Both the position numbers and the translations under genes were made by a program. The notes beneath the pieces are model-generated. The model worked only from the letters and a program-made list of their open reading frames with translations. It was not told where the DNA came from and did not search any database. Positions 63,646 to 64,000 of a DNA stretch of 64,000 nucleotides are shown here, piece after piece (the stretch's first letter is position 1; each line of letters opens with the position of its first letter). The stretch comes from Octopus vulgaris. Lineage: Eukaryota. The stretch lies in the NCBI GenBank assembly GCA_951406725.2, contig OX597823.1, positions 22,134,001-22,198,000 of the forward strand, in the 5' to 3' direction.

Positions 63646-64000
63646 ATACTTTGATACTTTGATACTTTGATAGGTTTCGGCCATTATTGGCCCAGGCCAT
63701 GTCTAACTTAATAGCACCACCTGGTGAAGTCTTTCAAGTCAGAATTTGGGCACTATGGCCCACTCAAGTAGAGAGTTATTGTTTACAGAGACATATCCGG
63801 GTGTAGGGGGTTTATCCGGGATTTCTTGAAGGAATCTGTCCAAAGACTTCTTGAACCCTACAGGGTCAGTTTCTGTTTTAATGTGTTTTGGTGTAATGTT
63901 AAAGAGAGCGGGGCCAATTGAGGTGAAATAATTGTGCCGTATTGTTGTTATGAGATGAGAGTGCGATTTTTGTTTTGGGCGGATGGCACGGGGCCCAAGC
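63646..64000 (-). mobile_element. 3' end of another CR1-like LINE copy (runs off the window)
   Basis: Close paralogue of 60505-60833, with tail (tatcaaag)n. Confidence 0.9.

Overview
AT-rich eukaryotic (animal) non-coding DNA packed with microsatellites and transposable-element debris. I recognise the SINE families as resembling those of octopus/coleoid cephalopods; this is recognition, not a database check. No host protein-coding gene can be supported, and almost all listed ORFs are microsatellite artefacts. Recognisable content: four tRNA-derived SINE families, CR1-like LINEs (one 5'-truncated copy with an unbroken ~2 kb RT ORF at 60571-62620), Dong/R4-like RLE elements in (TAA)n, Penelope-like remnants, mariner and MITE relics, an LTR with a tRNA-iMet PBS, and Helitron ends. 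Most interesting: (1) two diverged ORF1-only (HAL1/Tx1-like) retroelements inserted in tandem at the same site in the tRNA head of a SINE, giving three copies of the 15-bp target AAGAAGCTTGCTTCC (39209-41828), which suggests SINE/tRNA-site-specific integration; (2) at least six mutually dissimilar minimal type I hammerhead-ribozyme motifs, some with variant cores; (3) several long fold-back palindromes; (4) Nin-domain SINEs repeatedly reusing the same target sites.
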